DNA of 64,000 nucleotides from Octopus vulgaris (lineage: Eukaryota), in the NCBI GenBank assembly GCA_951406725.2, contig OX597840.1, positions 10,664,001-10,728,000 of the forward strand, read 5' to 3'. The notes beneath the pieces were generated by a model that worked only from the letters and a program-made list of their open reading frames with translations, was not told the origin of the DNA and did no database searches. Of the stretch, positions 27,105-41,376 are shown piece after piece; position 1 is the stretch's first letter; each line of letters starts with the position of its first letter. A program made the translations under genes and the position numbers.

Positions 27105-27147
27105 CCACTACAATCGTTTCTTGTCTTGATCGACAATCTTCAGGTGG
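27105..27147 (-). ncRNA. Hammerhead ribozyme in a long palindrome, antisense in intron 1
   Basis: CCAC-CUGAAGA-UUGUC(GAUCAA)GACAA-GAAAC-GAUU-GUA/GUGG. The mirror copy at 27201-27243 (+) reads CUGAAAA (G8A). Confidence 0.8.
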
Positions 27148-27330
27148 ACTTCCAATAATTCAGTTACAAATTCATAATTTGTAACTGAATTATTGGAAGT
27201 CCACCTGAAAATTGTCGATCAAGACAAGAAACGATTGTAGTGGCGGTTTTTTTGACTATTTATTAAAATTTTATGTATTGATTAAGTCTTTCCTTGTTTG
27301 TTTTGCAAAATAGTGGTTTTGTCTCTAATA

Positions 27331-27372
<42 letters not shown>

Positions 27373-27517
27373 CACACCTGTCTTCAGTTTTTGTGTGTGA
27401 ATTCCGACTATATATATAGATATATATATATATATATGTATGTATATATATGTATATATATAAATATGTATATATATATATATATATGTATGTATATATA
27501 TATATATACATATATAA

Positions 27518-27579
<62 letters not shown>

Positions 27580-28143
27580 GTATGTATCTATGTATGTATG
27601 TATGTATGTATGTATATACGTTTATTAATTTATATTGCATGATTCCTGATGTGATTCCGTGTGTTGAAACATATATTGTATTTCGGGATGGTCATGTTTT
27701 CCTGTGCCAAATAAACACACGCACTGTATATTCGTTCTTCGCTCGATCATTACTCTTCTCATTCTAACTCATGTCCATTGTCCGGAAATCTTTCGTCACT
27801 CATCTGTGACCTCTTCAGCGACTTACTGTCTTCGCATGTGTTCTTGCTCCGCTTAGAATGGAAAGAGCGAAACAAGCTCACAGTAATAAAGAACAGGAAT
27901 AAACAAGTGAAGAATGAATCTATAGTACGTTTGTTTATTTGAAAAAAATCTTCTCCGGAATTCTACAATATATAGGCGCAGGAGTGGCTGTGTGGTAAGT
28001 AGCTTGTTTACCAACCACATGGTTCCGGGTTCAGTCCCACTGCGTGGCACCTTGGGCAAGTGTCTTCTACTATAGCCTCGGTCCGACAAAAGCCCTGTGA
28101 GTGGCTTTGGTAGACGGAAACTGAAAGAAGCCCGTCGTATATA

Positions 28144-28219
<76 letters not shown>

Positions 28220-28292
28220 TATGTTTGTGTATCTGTATTTGTATATATACATGTAGAGGTAGGTACGTACATATATGTATGCATATATGCAT

Positions 28293-28352
<60 letters not shown>

Positions 28353-29427
28353 TATATATATTACATACTTACATATATATGTATGTATAGATGTAAATAT
28401 GGGTACAAGGACATCAAAAAGCGATGACAAGATGAGAAACGACAACATAAAAAACAAAAACATTAAAATCTCTTAAGGCTAGCTAAATCTACTAATTGCC
28501 TCGCCATTCGGATGGCTTGAGTACGCTCGTCGCACGGAAGGTGGCGAAGGTTGATGCGGATACCCTGGTACTACCTTGGCGTGGTAAGAGTGCTTGAGCC
28601 CGTCGAGCGCGTGGGGGGGCAGCTCGATGTTTGTCCCTCCCGTAAGAATGTGACCAAATGTACCGAACGCATATCCGGGTCTTTAACCATGCCTGGGCTC
28701 GTGATGCAGGTGGGTCATCCCGAAGTAGCGAAAAGCCCACCCCGCGGGACTGACCATGGCCGGGGCTTCGCGCGGCATACGAACAGGTCACCCGGCGCCA
28801 GAGGAGAGGAGAGACCGTCGCCCGAGATCCGCTAAGGCGTAGAGGCTTGGTACGGTCGCCTTCAGTTGCCCGAGATGGCTTCGAGTTTGGGGCGGTCGAC
28901 TTCGATTGCCCGGAATCCGCTGAGGCGTCGAGCTTGGGGGCGGTCCGGTTACCCGGCGGCCCCGGTGGCACCGCCCCACCCTAATACACCTGGCGTTTAG
29001 GCACGCTTCTCGGGGGAGCGTGGCTACATGGACGCGTGGCTTGTCCACGAAAATCGGAGGTCCCGCAATTGTACGTAGACCCTCACCTCGCCCATGGTGG
29101 ATGGGTGTTAATGTGTGGGCATGCGGCCTGAAATTTATGGGGAAGGTGTCCAGTCGACTTAGATCCACCCTCGTACACAACTGGTCCTTGATTTATCAAA
29201 ACCGAAAGGGGTCTTTTGCTGTTGGTGTTGTTGTCTAATGTAAACCCTCATTTGCCATATCTTCCATCCACAACCACCCATCTTGAATTTTTTTTCTCTA
29301 AGTATAATTTATGGAGGATTTCATGGACGAACACATCTGCCCTATTAAAGGTAAAATGAGTAATCTAATGACGCCCTAAAGACTCCTCCGTTTGGTACAA
29401 AGATGCTTTTGTCTTTTATTTCTGTAG

Positions 29428-29715
29428 GTAACCAACACCGAATTGACAAAAGTCCAAGATGCTTGCAATAGTAAACTGAAAACGAATTGCAGTCAAGTGA
29501 AAACCGTTTTCAACGTTGATGTATCGACCCTAACAATGTCCGACCTACAAAAACCCCTACATTCTGGATTGGTAATGAGCCTGCTTATCTTAAACTCTAT
29601 GTTGCCGGTTCCGCTTCAAAAACAAAGCAAGCGCTTAGGTGGCAAAATCATCTCCATCCTTTCGGCGAAACCACTGATTTTGTGACCTGGTCAAATGAAT
29701 TAGAACAGTTAGACG
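29428..29715 (+). CDS. Gene A exon 2 (N-terminal domain), apparent 1-nt deletion at 29618-29622
   Basis: Acceptor TCTGTAG|, donor G|GTGAGT. 288 nt versus 289 nt in the paralogous exon; homology continues in the shifted frame (KQALRWQNHLHPFGETTDFVTWSNELEQLD). Confidence 0.85.
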
Positions 29716-29931
29716 GTGAGTAAAATTATTGTCTGTGCTCTTTTGTCGAATACTCTTGTATATGTATGTAAGTATGTATGTATGTATGTATGTATGTATG
29801 TATGTATGTATGTATGTATGTATGTATGTATGTATGTATGTATGTATGTATGTATGTATGAATGTATGTATGAATGTATGTATGTATGTATGTGCGTGTG
29901 TGTGTGCGTGTGTATGTATGTATGTATGAAC

Positions 29932-30345
29932 AAGCGGCGAACTGGCAGAAACGTTAGCACGCCGGGCAAAATGCGTAGCCGTACTTCGTCTGCTGTTACG
30001 TCTGAGTTCGAATTCCACCGAGGTCGACTTTGCTTTTCATCCTTTCGGGGTCGATTAAATAAGTACCAGTAACGCACTGGGGTCGATGTAATCGACTTAA
30101 TCCGTGTGTCTGTCCTTGTTTGTCCCCTCTGTGTTTAGCCCCTTGTGGGTAATAAAGAAATAGGTATTTCGTCTGCCGCTACGTTCTGAGTTCAAATTTC
30201 GCCGAGGTCGACTTTGCCTTTCATCCTATCGGGGTCGATTAAATAAGTACCAGTCACGCACTGGGGTCGGTGTAATCGACTTAATCCGTGTGTCTGTCCT
30301 TCTTTGTCCCCTCTGTGTTTAGCCCCTTGTGGGTAGTTAAAAAAT
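29932..30345 (+). mobile_element. SINE family C, two tandem body units
   Basis: Head followed by two body repeats. Confidence 0.8.
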
Positions 30346-30675
30346 AAGTATGTATGTATGTATGTATGTATGTATGTATGAATGTGTAGGGGGTGTAGAA
30401 GTGGAACTGTTGCCAAGGAAATGCACCGGAACTTTTCAATAATTGATGCGCTTATAGTTTTCGCACTAAGTACATAACTGTTTCTTGCTTGGGGGATCTC
30501 TTCTCCAGTCAGTTAAATGCCTCGCTAGTCACATTAATAATAGCTATGCCAACTAAACAGACGGCTTGAGAAATAACAAAGTTTATATAATACCGGACCA
30601 AATATCTGGCAAACATGGGACCCGAAATAGCCTGGATGTCTGGAGCCAATGTAAATTTTTACTTAATACTTAAAA

Positions 30676-31071
30676 TCTTTATATATAAAAGTGAAGTTGT
30701 GTGTCTGTCCCCTACGATTTAGATTCCTAACTACTCCCACATTTTGCGATGCAGTTTAACCAAAAGCGGGTATCTTATAGTCGTGATTCATATCGAACCC
30801 TTCTGGGTATTAGCGCGCGTCTACGATGAGTCTACGATTAAAAAAAAAATTTACCATAATTTTTTTCCATTTTAATGCATTGTTTTCGCTATTATATAAG
30901 GGAAGTAACTCTCTAAAAATGTTTACGATGAGTCAACGATTTAAAAAAAAATTACCATAATTTTTTTTCCATTTTTAATGCATTTTTTGCTATTTTTTAG
31001 CTATAACTCTCTAAAAATGCTTTATAGTTATTTCCCTTAGAAACCCGAGCAACGCCGGGCGATACTGCTAG
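30676..31071 (+). mobile_element. Non-autonomous Helitron, both ends intact
   Basis: A|TC...subterminal hairpin CCCGAGCAACGCCGGG...CTAG|T; inserted between A and T with no TSD. Confidence 0.85.
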
Positions 31072-31422
31072 TAAACTATAAAATGTAAACAACTAAACTG
31101 TAATTAACAGATTCAAATTAATACATTTCTAAAGCAGAATCCGTTGAACTCTCTTTAGCATTAAGATTACTCTATTAAAGGTATCGCTTATTTAATCCCA
31201 TTACTCTTACTCTTTTACTCTTTTACTTGTTTCAGTCATTTGACTGCGGCCATGCTGGAGCACCACCTTCAGTCGAGCAAATCGACCCCGGGACTTATTC
31301 TTTTTTGTAAGCCCAGTACTTCTTCTATCGGTCTCTTTTTGCCGAACCGCTAAGTGACGGGGACGTAAACACACCAGCATCGGTTGTCAAGCAATGCTAG
31401 GGGGACAAACACACACACACAA

Positions 31423-31454
<32 letters not shown>

Positions 31455-32009
31455 GCATATATACGACAGGCTTCTTTCAGTTTCCGTCTACCAAATCCAC
31501 TCACAAGGCATTGGTCGGCCCGAGGCTATACTAGAAGACACTTGCCCAAGATGCCACGCAGTGGGACTGAACCCGGAACCATGTGGTTGGTTAGCAAGCT
31601 ACTTACCACACAGCCACTCCTGCGCCTATTTGGAATTAATTATACTTTATCTTTTAGCTTTGAGATTTTGATGATGCGTTCTTATATTTTTAGAAGGATG
31701 TTGTAGGCTAAGTGTGAGAGGCTAGATCTGGCTAGTTTGATCTAAAAATGGGTAGAATATTTAGGCTGCATATGTCCAGATTAAACTGTAAATGGTTAAT
31801 CTTTATTAATCCACATAAAAATATTAGAGAACAAAACTATTTTAAGACAACGTATGCCAATCGACGAACGTTAAAACGAGGTCTTTTTACTCAGTTAGGG
31901 ATAAAGTTTATTGCACGGTATTTGCGGAGTTCCGGAAGCTGGGTAAAAGGTCCCTTGTTATATAGAAATGAAAAGAAGACGGACAAATTTGTGTTAAACT
32001 AAATAATAC

Positions 32010-32596
<587 letters not shown>

Positions 32597-33153
32597 ATGC
32601 CCTGATGCAGTACCAGGCAGTGGCTCTCATGGCTTCTGATCTTAACTGATTGGAAGTGTTATCATGTACATTGTTTTGTCTTGGTATAAAAGATGGGCTA
32701 CAGCAAATATTCTGCTCAATACCACAAATTTGCTTTTTAGTTGCTTGACCTCAACCAGTTGAGCATGTCCCTTAGTGGCTGACGATATGTGCATCTCTGA
32801 TCACGAGCAGAAGTAGTGGGGGAGCATCATAGCCATGTGTTGAGAGGGATTCTTTGGGGTTTTGGATAATTCATCCTTGGAAACATGGAAGTTTCCTTCA
32901 TCCTCCTTAGACAAACCTTATTCAGGGACCTTTTGAGCGGGATGTGTTACTCGACCTGAATAAAATTCTAACTGGGCCCCACTGGCAAGGTCATGCGCTG
33001 TTTATCTTGATATGAGATCACCATGTCGCGCACATATGGTTGTGATGCATGTGTCTGGTGTACCCTTATCAGACGGGTAGTCATGATGGGTATATTGGGC
33101 TTCGTATATTTTACCCCAGTGTCACTTTGATGGCATGAACTGCTCTCCCACTC
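32597..33153 (+). mobile_element. About 560-bp non-coding element embedded in (TAA)n
   Basis: ATGCCCTGATGCAGTACC...CTGCTCTCCCACTC. Other copies at 33468-33910 (5'-truncated), 41769-42361, 46381-46880 (-) and 47038-47293 (-). Confidence 0.75.
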
Positions 33154-33218
<65 letters not shown>

Positions 33219-33910
33219 GGCGGTGAGCTTGCAGAACCATTAGCACGCTGGGCGAAATGCGTAGCTGTATTTCGTCTGCCGCTACGTTCTGAGTTCAAAT
33301 TCCGCCGAGGTCGACTTTGCCTTTCATCCTTTCTGGATCGATAAATTAAGTACCAGTTATGCACTGGGATCGATATCTGTCCTTGTTTGTCCTCTCTGTG
33401 TTTAGCCCTTTGTGGGTAGTAAAGAAGTACTACTACTACTACTACTACTAATAATAATAATAATAATATTCTGCTCAATACCACAGATTTGCTTGTCAGT
33501 TGTTTGACCTTAACCAGTTGAGCATTCCCTTAGTGGCTGACGATATGTGCATCTCTGATCACGAGCAGACGTAGTGGGGGAGCATCATAGCCATGTGTTG
33601 AGAGGGATTCTTTGGGGTTTGAATAGTTCACCTCTGGAAACATGGGTGGTTCTTTCAACATCCTTAAACAACCCTTATTCAGGGACCGTTTGAGCGGGAT
33701 GGGCTACTCAACCTGAAGAAAATTCTAACTGTGCCCCACCTGCAAGGTCATTTGCTGTTTATCTTGATATGAGATCACCATGTCGCGCACATATGGTTGT
33801 GATGCATGTGCCTGGTGTACCTTTATCAGACGGGTAGTCATGATGGGTATATTGGGCTTCGTATATTTTACCCCAGTGTCACTTTTATGGCATGAACTGC
33901 TCCCTCACTC

Positions 33911-33961
<51 letters not shown>

Positions 33962-33980
33962 TAAAATAATGATGATGATA

Positions 33981-34189
<209 letters not shown>

Positions 34190-34338
34190 AATAATAATGA
34201 TAATGATAATAATAATAATGATAATAATAATATTAATAATGATACTAATAATAATAATAATAATAATTCATTCATAAGCAAACTTTCGCGTATGGGTCTA
34301 TGTTAAAAAATTAGTTTTAATTCTAAATATCTTTTCAG

Positions 34339-34899
34339 ATTGTGCCGGTGCCCAGATGGACGTACTTTTCGTTATTGACTCGTCAGGAAGCGTTAAAATA
34401 GACAACTTTAATAAGACATTAGAATTCTTGAATAATATTGTGTCTAATCTAGACATTGGCGAAGATGAGACACGCGTAGCAGTGATTAGATTTTCACATA
34501 ATGCTATAATACCTTATAACTTCGGAAAATACAATAAGAAAGATGATTTAATAGCAGCTACTAACTCTATATATTACAATGGTGGTTCTACTTATACGGA
34601 CTTGGCTCTTGACTTAGCACGTACCGATATCTTTGCAACTACAACAAGAAAATCTATTGCTGCAAAAGTTTTAGTTTTGGTCACGGATGGACAGTCAAGA
34701 AGTGAAGCGAAAACAGTAGCGGCAGCTAAAAAGCTGAAAGATATGGGCGTCACTATATTTACAATTGGAGTTGTCAATCCAAGAAAGTCTGAGTTAATGG
34801 CATCAGCAAGTGAACCTAATTGTACACATTTCATCGACTTGAAAAGTTATGATGATATTGATTTTATTGTGAAAGAAATTAAAACTGAAACTTGTAAAG
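34339..34899 (+). CDS. Gene A exon 3: von Willebrand factor A domain
   Basis: DVLFVIDSSGSV (DxSxS), GGSTYT and VLVLVTDG give an intact MIDAS; TTTCAG| acceptor, G|GTAAGT donor, 561 nt, phase 1-1. Confidence 0.95.
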
Positions 34900-35056
34900 G
34901 TAAGTCTGACATCGAATAACCGTTATTATTGCTTTTTTTTTTTTGTTGCTGTTGTTGCTGCTGTAGAGACCTCATTATTCACCTCCAAGGTCACACAGGT
35001 TCTAAATGTGACGTGAAAATCCCGGATCTTTTCTTATACGTAGCATATCCTTATCC

Positions 35057-35441
35057 GTGGAGGCGCAATGGCCCAGTGGTTAGGGCAGCGGACTCGCGGT
35101 CATAGTATCGCGGTTTCGATTCCCAGACCGGACGTTGTGAGTGTTTATTGAGCGAGAACACCTAAAAGCTCCACGTGGCTCCGGCAGGGGATGGTGGCGA
35201 ACCCTGCCTGTACTCTTTCACCACAACTTTCTCTCACTCTTACTTCCTGTTTCTGTTGTACCTGTATTTCAAGGGGCCAGCCTTGTCACCCTCTGTGTCA
35301 CGCTGAATATCCCCGAGAACTAGGTTAAGGGTACACGTGTCTGTGGAGTGCTCAGCCACTTACACGTTAATTTCACGAGCAGGCTGTTCCGTTGATTCGA
35401 ATCAACCGGAACCCTCATCGTCGTAACCGACGGAGTGCTTC
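35057..35441 (+). mobile_element. Full-length SINE family B with TSD
   Basis: TSD CATATCCTTATCC at 35044-35056 and 35442-35454. Confidence 0.9.
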
Positions 35442-35992
35442 CATATCCTTATCCAATTTGTAATTTTTATAAAATGATAAGGTGAGTGAACTGAAGGAGA
35501 TTTGGCTGCTATTTCTACAAGTTTGAGGCTCCTCATTGGCGCGCTATTATTACTATTATTATTATTGATTGTAATTACTACTCTTTACTCTTTTACTCTT
35601 TTACTTGTTTCACTCATTTGACTGCGGCCATGCTGGAGCACCGCCTCTAGTCGAGAAATTCGACCCCGGGACTTATTCTTTGTAAGCCCAGTACTTATTC
35701 TATCGGTCTCTTTTGCCGAACCGCTAATTGACGGGGACGTAAACACACCAGCATCGGTTGTCAAGCGATGTTGGGGGAACAAACACACACACGCAAACAT
35801 ACACACACACATATATATATATACATATATACGACGGGCTTCTTTCAGTCTCCGTCTACCAAATTCACTCACAAGGCATTGGTCGGCCCGGGGCTATAGT
35901 AGAAAACACTTGCCCAAGGTGCCACGCAGTGGGACTGAACCTGGAACCATCTGGTTGGTAAACAAGCTATTTACCACACAGCCACTCCTGCA

Positions 35993-36129
<137 letters not shown>

Positions 36130-36558
36130 TAAAATCTTTACGGAGACGTAAACACACCAGCATCGGTTGTCACGCAATGCTAGGGGGACAAACACAGACA
36201 CACAAACATATACATACACATACATACATATACATACATATATACGACAGGCTTCTTTCAGTTTCCGTCTACCAAATCCAGTCACATGGTTTTGGTCAGC
36301 CTGGGGCTTTAGCAGAAGACACTTGCCCAAGATGCCACGCAGTGGGACTGAACCCAGAACCATGTGGTTGGTAAGCAAGCTACTTACCACGCAGCCACTC
36401 CTGCGCCTTTTTTTGTCTCAGTTGGTGTATTCTGTGGTATTCTGTGTGTCAGCTCGTACGTACATGCACACGTACGAACACAACATACACACATACACAC
36501 ACACACACACACAACAAATATACACGCAGGTATGCAAACTCACTCGCACATATGTATG

Positions 36559-36590
<32 letters not shown>

Positions 36591-36711
36591 TACACACATG
36601 CATGCATATATATACATACATACTTACATAAAAACAACGAAACATACATACATACATACATTCATACATCCTATACGAATAATTTCTGAGATTTTAGGTA
36701 TCTGGCATGTA

Positions 36712-36743
<32 letters not shown>

Positions 36744-36790
36744 CACTATGAATTAATGAAAGAATGACGATTTTAACAAAATTCCTTTAC

Positions 36791-36871
36791 TCTCGACATA
36801 TGTTTCGAAGACTGCATATTCTTAATTCCGAAGGAATAAAGGACGCATTATGCCGCCTTCTCATCAGGAAA
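36791..36871 (-). ncRNA. Hammerhead ribozyme, antisense in gene A intron 3
   Basis: UUUC-CUGAUGA-GAAGGCGGCAUA...UAUGCAGUCUUC-GAAAC-AUAU-GUC/GAGA. Confidence 0.8.
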
Positions 36872-37044
36872 GACAAGGTATCTATGTCAGCCTCATGACT
36901 AACAAAAACTTTTAGATGACTGCCCACATGGTTTTCACGGTGATAATGAGTGTTTCTTTAAAATATTCCGTTATAAGCAATGACATCAAAGTTGGTTTGA
37001 TGGAGAACGTTCTAAAAAGTTCAAGAGTTCAAAATTGGTTGGAA

Positions 37045-37085
<41 letters not shown>

Positions 37086-37105
37086 CATATATATATTTGT
37101 ATATT

Positions 37106-37189
<84 letters not shown>

Positions 37190-37351
37190 CGTATATTTGC
37201 CATTCCAATATGGCTAACCCCTAAGGGTGGATGCTACTGTAGTTTTTAGCCCCAGGAGGACACACTCCTCCAGCTGGCCATAGACACACTTTCTGTGCCC
37301 TAGCAGTATTTGCAAAGGGAAGTCATCCTTCCCGTCTTCAACTTATGATAC

Positions 37352-37394
37352 ACGCGGACTCGAGTTTCGAGGTATTGACCTCTCGTCAGCGTGT
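37352..37394 (-). ncRNA. Hammerhead ribozyme, antisense in gene A intron 3
   Basis: ACACG-CUGACGA-GAGG(UCAAUA)CCUC-GAAAC-UCGA-GUC/CGCGU: canonical core with palindromic loop 3. Confidence 0.85.
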
Positions 37395-37513
37395 GACAAT
37401 CATAGTTGTCGGTGAGAATTAGATTTCCTTCACAAATACTTATACTTTTTCCAGCGTCCACTGTCGCTGATATTGAAAAAGTGAAATCAAACAATGATAA
37501 ATATCAAAGTGAG

Positions 37514-37560
<47 letters not shown>

Positions 37561-37741
37561 TATACATATATATACATATATGTAAATATACATATATATA
37601 TATATACATATATATATACATATATAAAAACATATATATATATATACATATATCACCGTGATCACCGTGACCGACCAGGCTATCAGATGTTGCTACACAT
37701 CCATGGCCACAATGCGCTTGTAAATATATGTAAATATATAT

Positions 37742-37810
<69 letters not shown>

Positions 37811-38221
37811 GTATGTATGTGTGTGTGTGAGTAAAAGAGGAAAGACTAAATATATAATAATAATTAAAACACTTACATGCTTCTACTAATGCAAAAAGCC
37901 TTCAAAATAATAGCGAATTTAAGTTATGTCGTCAGTTGTTTGTTTCTTCTCGAGCCATGCCTGGCTCATAAGGGCCGGTTACCCGGTTTCTTGGCGTATA
38001 GCTTCCCCACCTGTACAAGACGCCTGTCCGTCGCAGGTGAGCTGCAAGATGCAGGAGGAAAGAGTGAGAGAAAGTTGTGGCGAAAGAGTCAGCAGAAGGT
38101 TCGCCATTACCTTCTGCCGGAGCTGCGTGGAGCTTATGTGTTTCGCTCATAAACACACACATCGCCCGGTCTGAGATTCGAACCCACGATCCCTCGACCG
38201 TAAGTCTAGGCCATGTGCCTC

Positions 38222-38279
<58 letters not shown>

Positions 38280-38593
38280 CTCGAGCCATGCCTGGATCAT
38301 AAGGGCCGGTTTCCCGGTTTCTTGGCGTATAGGTTCCCCACGTGGACGGGGTGCTGGTCCATCACAGGTGAGCTACAAGATGCAGGAGGAAAGAGTGAGA
38401 GAAAGTTGTGGCGAAAGAGTCAGAAGGTTCGCCATTACCTTCTGCCGGAGCTGCGTGGAGCTTATGTGTTTCGCTCATAAACACACACATCGCCTGGTCT
38501 GAGATTCGAACCCACGATCCCTCGACCGTAAGTCTAGGCCATGTGCCTCCACTATATATATATATATATATATAAGTCTAGGCCATGTGCCTC

Positions 38594-38633
<40 letters not shown>

Positions 38634-39305
38634 CTCGAACCCACGATCCCTCGACCGTGTCAGCAGAAGGTTCGCCATTACCTTCTGCCGGAGCTGCGTG
38701 GAGCTTATGTGTTTCGCTCATAAACACACACATCGCCCGGTCTGAGATTCGAACCCACGATACCTCGACCGTGTCAGCAGAAGGTTCGCCATTACCTTCT
38801 ACCGGAGCTGCGTGGAGCTTATGTGTTTCGCTCATAAACACACACATCCCTCGGTCTGAGATGCGAACCCGCGATCCCTCGACCGCGAGCTCGCTGCTCT
38901 AACCACTAGGCCATGTGCCTCCACACGTCGTCAGCTGGAAGTCTTTGTTAAAAAGAATGTGTGGTAAGAAACTTGCTTCCCAGCAACATGGTCCCGGGTT
39001 CAGTCCCACTGCGTAGCAACTTGGGCAAGTGTCTTCTACCATAGTCTTGGGCCGTCCGAAGCCCTGTGAGTGTATTTTAAGTATACTCTTTTACTCTTTT
39101 ACTTGTTTCAGTCATTTGACTGCGGCCATGCTGGAGCACCGCCGGGGCTATAACAGAAGGCACATGCCCAAGATGCCACGCAGGGGGGCTGAACCCGGAA
39201 CCATGTGGTTGGTTAGCAAGCTACTTACCACACAGCCACTCCTGTATATGATTCAAGTAACAATTTATGATTTCCTTCCCATAATTGATGTCGTCAATTT
39301 TGTAG

Positions 39306-39430
39306 CTGTCTTAATTGCGGAGAACGGTGTAGACCTCTCAAATAACCCCATTCCAAAAGCTGACACTACAAAAGAACAAGTCGTGGATATCACCAAAACT
39401 ATCCAGTCCAACTCGGGTACAATAATCACG
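39306..39430 (+). CDS. Gene A exon 4
   Basis: TTTTGTAG| acceptor, ACG|GTAAGA donor, 125 nt, phase 1 to 0; open frame AVLIAENGVDLSNNPIP...GTIIT. Confidence 0.75.
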
Positions 39431-39787
39431 GTAAGAAGAATATTCAATAACATCCACTGAATTTTTTTTTCTTTTGTATTTTTGTGGATGAATGAGAAAA
39501 AAGGGACAGTGCTCATAAACCACCCAGTCCTTCCACGGCTGGTTGATCTCACTCTTATCATTGAAGTTTAGTTGGAGCATTTGTGGCTGCAAAATAAACG
39601 TGGACAAAGAGAGAATTCTAAAGAAGGGATTAACACTAGGACTGGGGAAGGATTGGGCATCGTGGATAGCGCAGGAAAAGTTAGGTTTAGACATAAAATG
39701 TATAATGAGGAGAGCAGAGATTGGTGTTTCAAGTTTGCTTTTTATGTGTTGGTGTCCAAGTAGTTACTTCCGAGAAGATGGTCTTGT

Positions 39788-40155
39788 AGTTAGTTTGTGA
39801 GTTGGTTAATTTTTTGGCTCAAAAAGCAAAAAGCAAGGCCATGTAGGGGGACATGGAGTTATGTACAGGGTGGTTTTCATGTAAAGAGTTCAGGTCACTT
39901 GTGGTCAAGGGAGACTTTGAACCGAGTGGTCGTCGGCATCTTCACTATCTCGTCCGGCAGCTTATTCCACGGATCCGCAACCCGGACGGAGAAAGCCCCT
40001 CTCCTTCGATTGAAATGAAATCGTCGCAGATAGAGCTTTTCGGAGTGACCCCGCAGCCGACGCTCTGGGGCAGGAGTGAAGAACAGCTCTTTCGAGAGGT
40101 TACACTTTCCGCTTATGATGTTGTGAGCAAGAATGAGATCACTACGGCGTCGTAG
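39788..40155 (-). mobile_element. CR1-type LINE 3' end
   Basis: RRRSDLILAHNIISGKC...RLRGHSEKLY...FSVRVADPWNKLP. Confidence 0.8.
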
Positions 40156-40280
40156 CGGTGGTTGAAGTAATAGGAGGAGACAGTGGATTTAAGGGACAAT
40201 TATGGACTCCTTTTCTAAATGCATCTGTAGAATGAAATCGAGGACACCGTATATATATTATACCTTTTTGTTCGTCACAG

Positions 40281-40515
40281 GTGAGTGTCCAGTGTGGTGA
40301 GGTCACTGTGTATGGTGCGTATAACAACAGTCAGCCAAGTTTGGCCAGTTACGACTACATGACCAATGCAACTGACACGAATCCGGGTAAATTATACATA
40401 GTTAAACCAACATATCCCTCTACGTTCCACCTGACGATAATTTCCAAGAGACGATTTGATATCGACCACTCGACTTGTAGCAAACCTCACTATAACGTCA
40501 GTTTCGAAGCAACAG
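40281..40515 (+). CDS. Gene A exon 5 (beta-rich domain)
   Basis: GTCACAG| acceptor, G|GTAGGC donor, 235 nt, phase 0 to 1; VSVQCGEVTVYGAYNNSQPSLASYDY...CSKPHYNVSFEAT. Confidence 0.8.
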
Positions 40516-41262
40516 GTAGGCATACTGAATTCATTTTTTCATTATCAAAAATTATTCTGTAATCTTTATATATCGTAACCAAGTAAGGAGAACGGTTTCG
40601 GTAGAATCGATGGATAAAAGAGTAAATATCATTAGCTTTTAATTAATGGTAATTTACAGTTGTAGGCGAGTCTCAGAGAAAAGGGGAGATAATCTGAGGA
40701 CATTAAGAATTCAGTAAAATTAAATTACATCCATCGGTTCTACCAAAATCACTCTCCTTACTTTGTTAGGATGTATAAAGAATACAGAGTAATATTATCA
40801 GGTAAGGGAGATAACTACAAACATGTTCTGTAATTTACTGGATTTCGTCAGCGAACTATTGTCAAATTTAAACTTGTTTTCATCATCCCACGATGTAGCA
40901 TAAGAATTACAGTATTTTTGCCAGCAATAATTTGCATAATTAAAAATAAATAAGGTGATCTAAGGGAAATAACTCATCCTGACCAATAACATGAATTTGG
41001 ATAACTTATTTAATGGATGTTGTATCGAGTCACTTATGCAAACAAGCAAGAAAAATACAGTTCAATAAATTGAAATTGTCCTCTTAATTGAAGAAAGAAA
41101 AATATTGTGCTCGCTGTATTTGTTAGCGACTGTTAAAGAAAGGATAAGAACATTTCAACCTACCAGAATTCTTTACTCATTCCAAGACACACACACACAG
41201 AATATAAACATAATTATACTATCATGTGCTCCTGTTCTAACATATATCATTCTCTCAAACAG

Positions 41263-41346
41263 ATGCCTCTAAAAAAGTGAAATGCGCTCAAAATAACAAA
41301 GAAGTATTATGTAGCTCCGGTGATCTGAAAGACATACTCGGAAAAA
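41263..41346 (+). CDS. Gene A exon 6 (84-nt two-Cys linker)
   Basis: CAAACAG| acceptor, A|GTAAGT donor; DASKKVKCAQNNKEVLCSSGDLKDILGK; a homologous exon of the same length lies at 58965-59048 (-). Confidence 0.85.
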
Positions 41347-41376
41347 GTAAGTCCATACAACCTGTTAATTTCCGAA

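Noticed and set aside
35057-35135. tRNA gene
   Set aside because: The tRNA-like head continues into a SINE body with TSDs and is present in many diverged copies.
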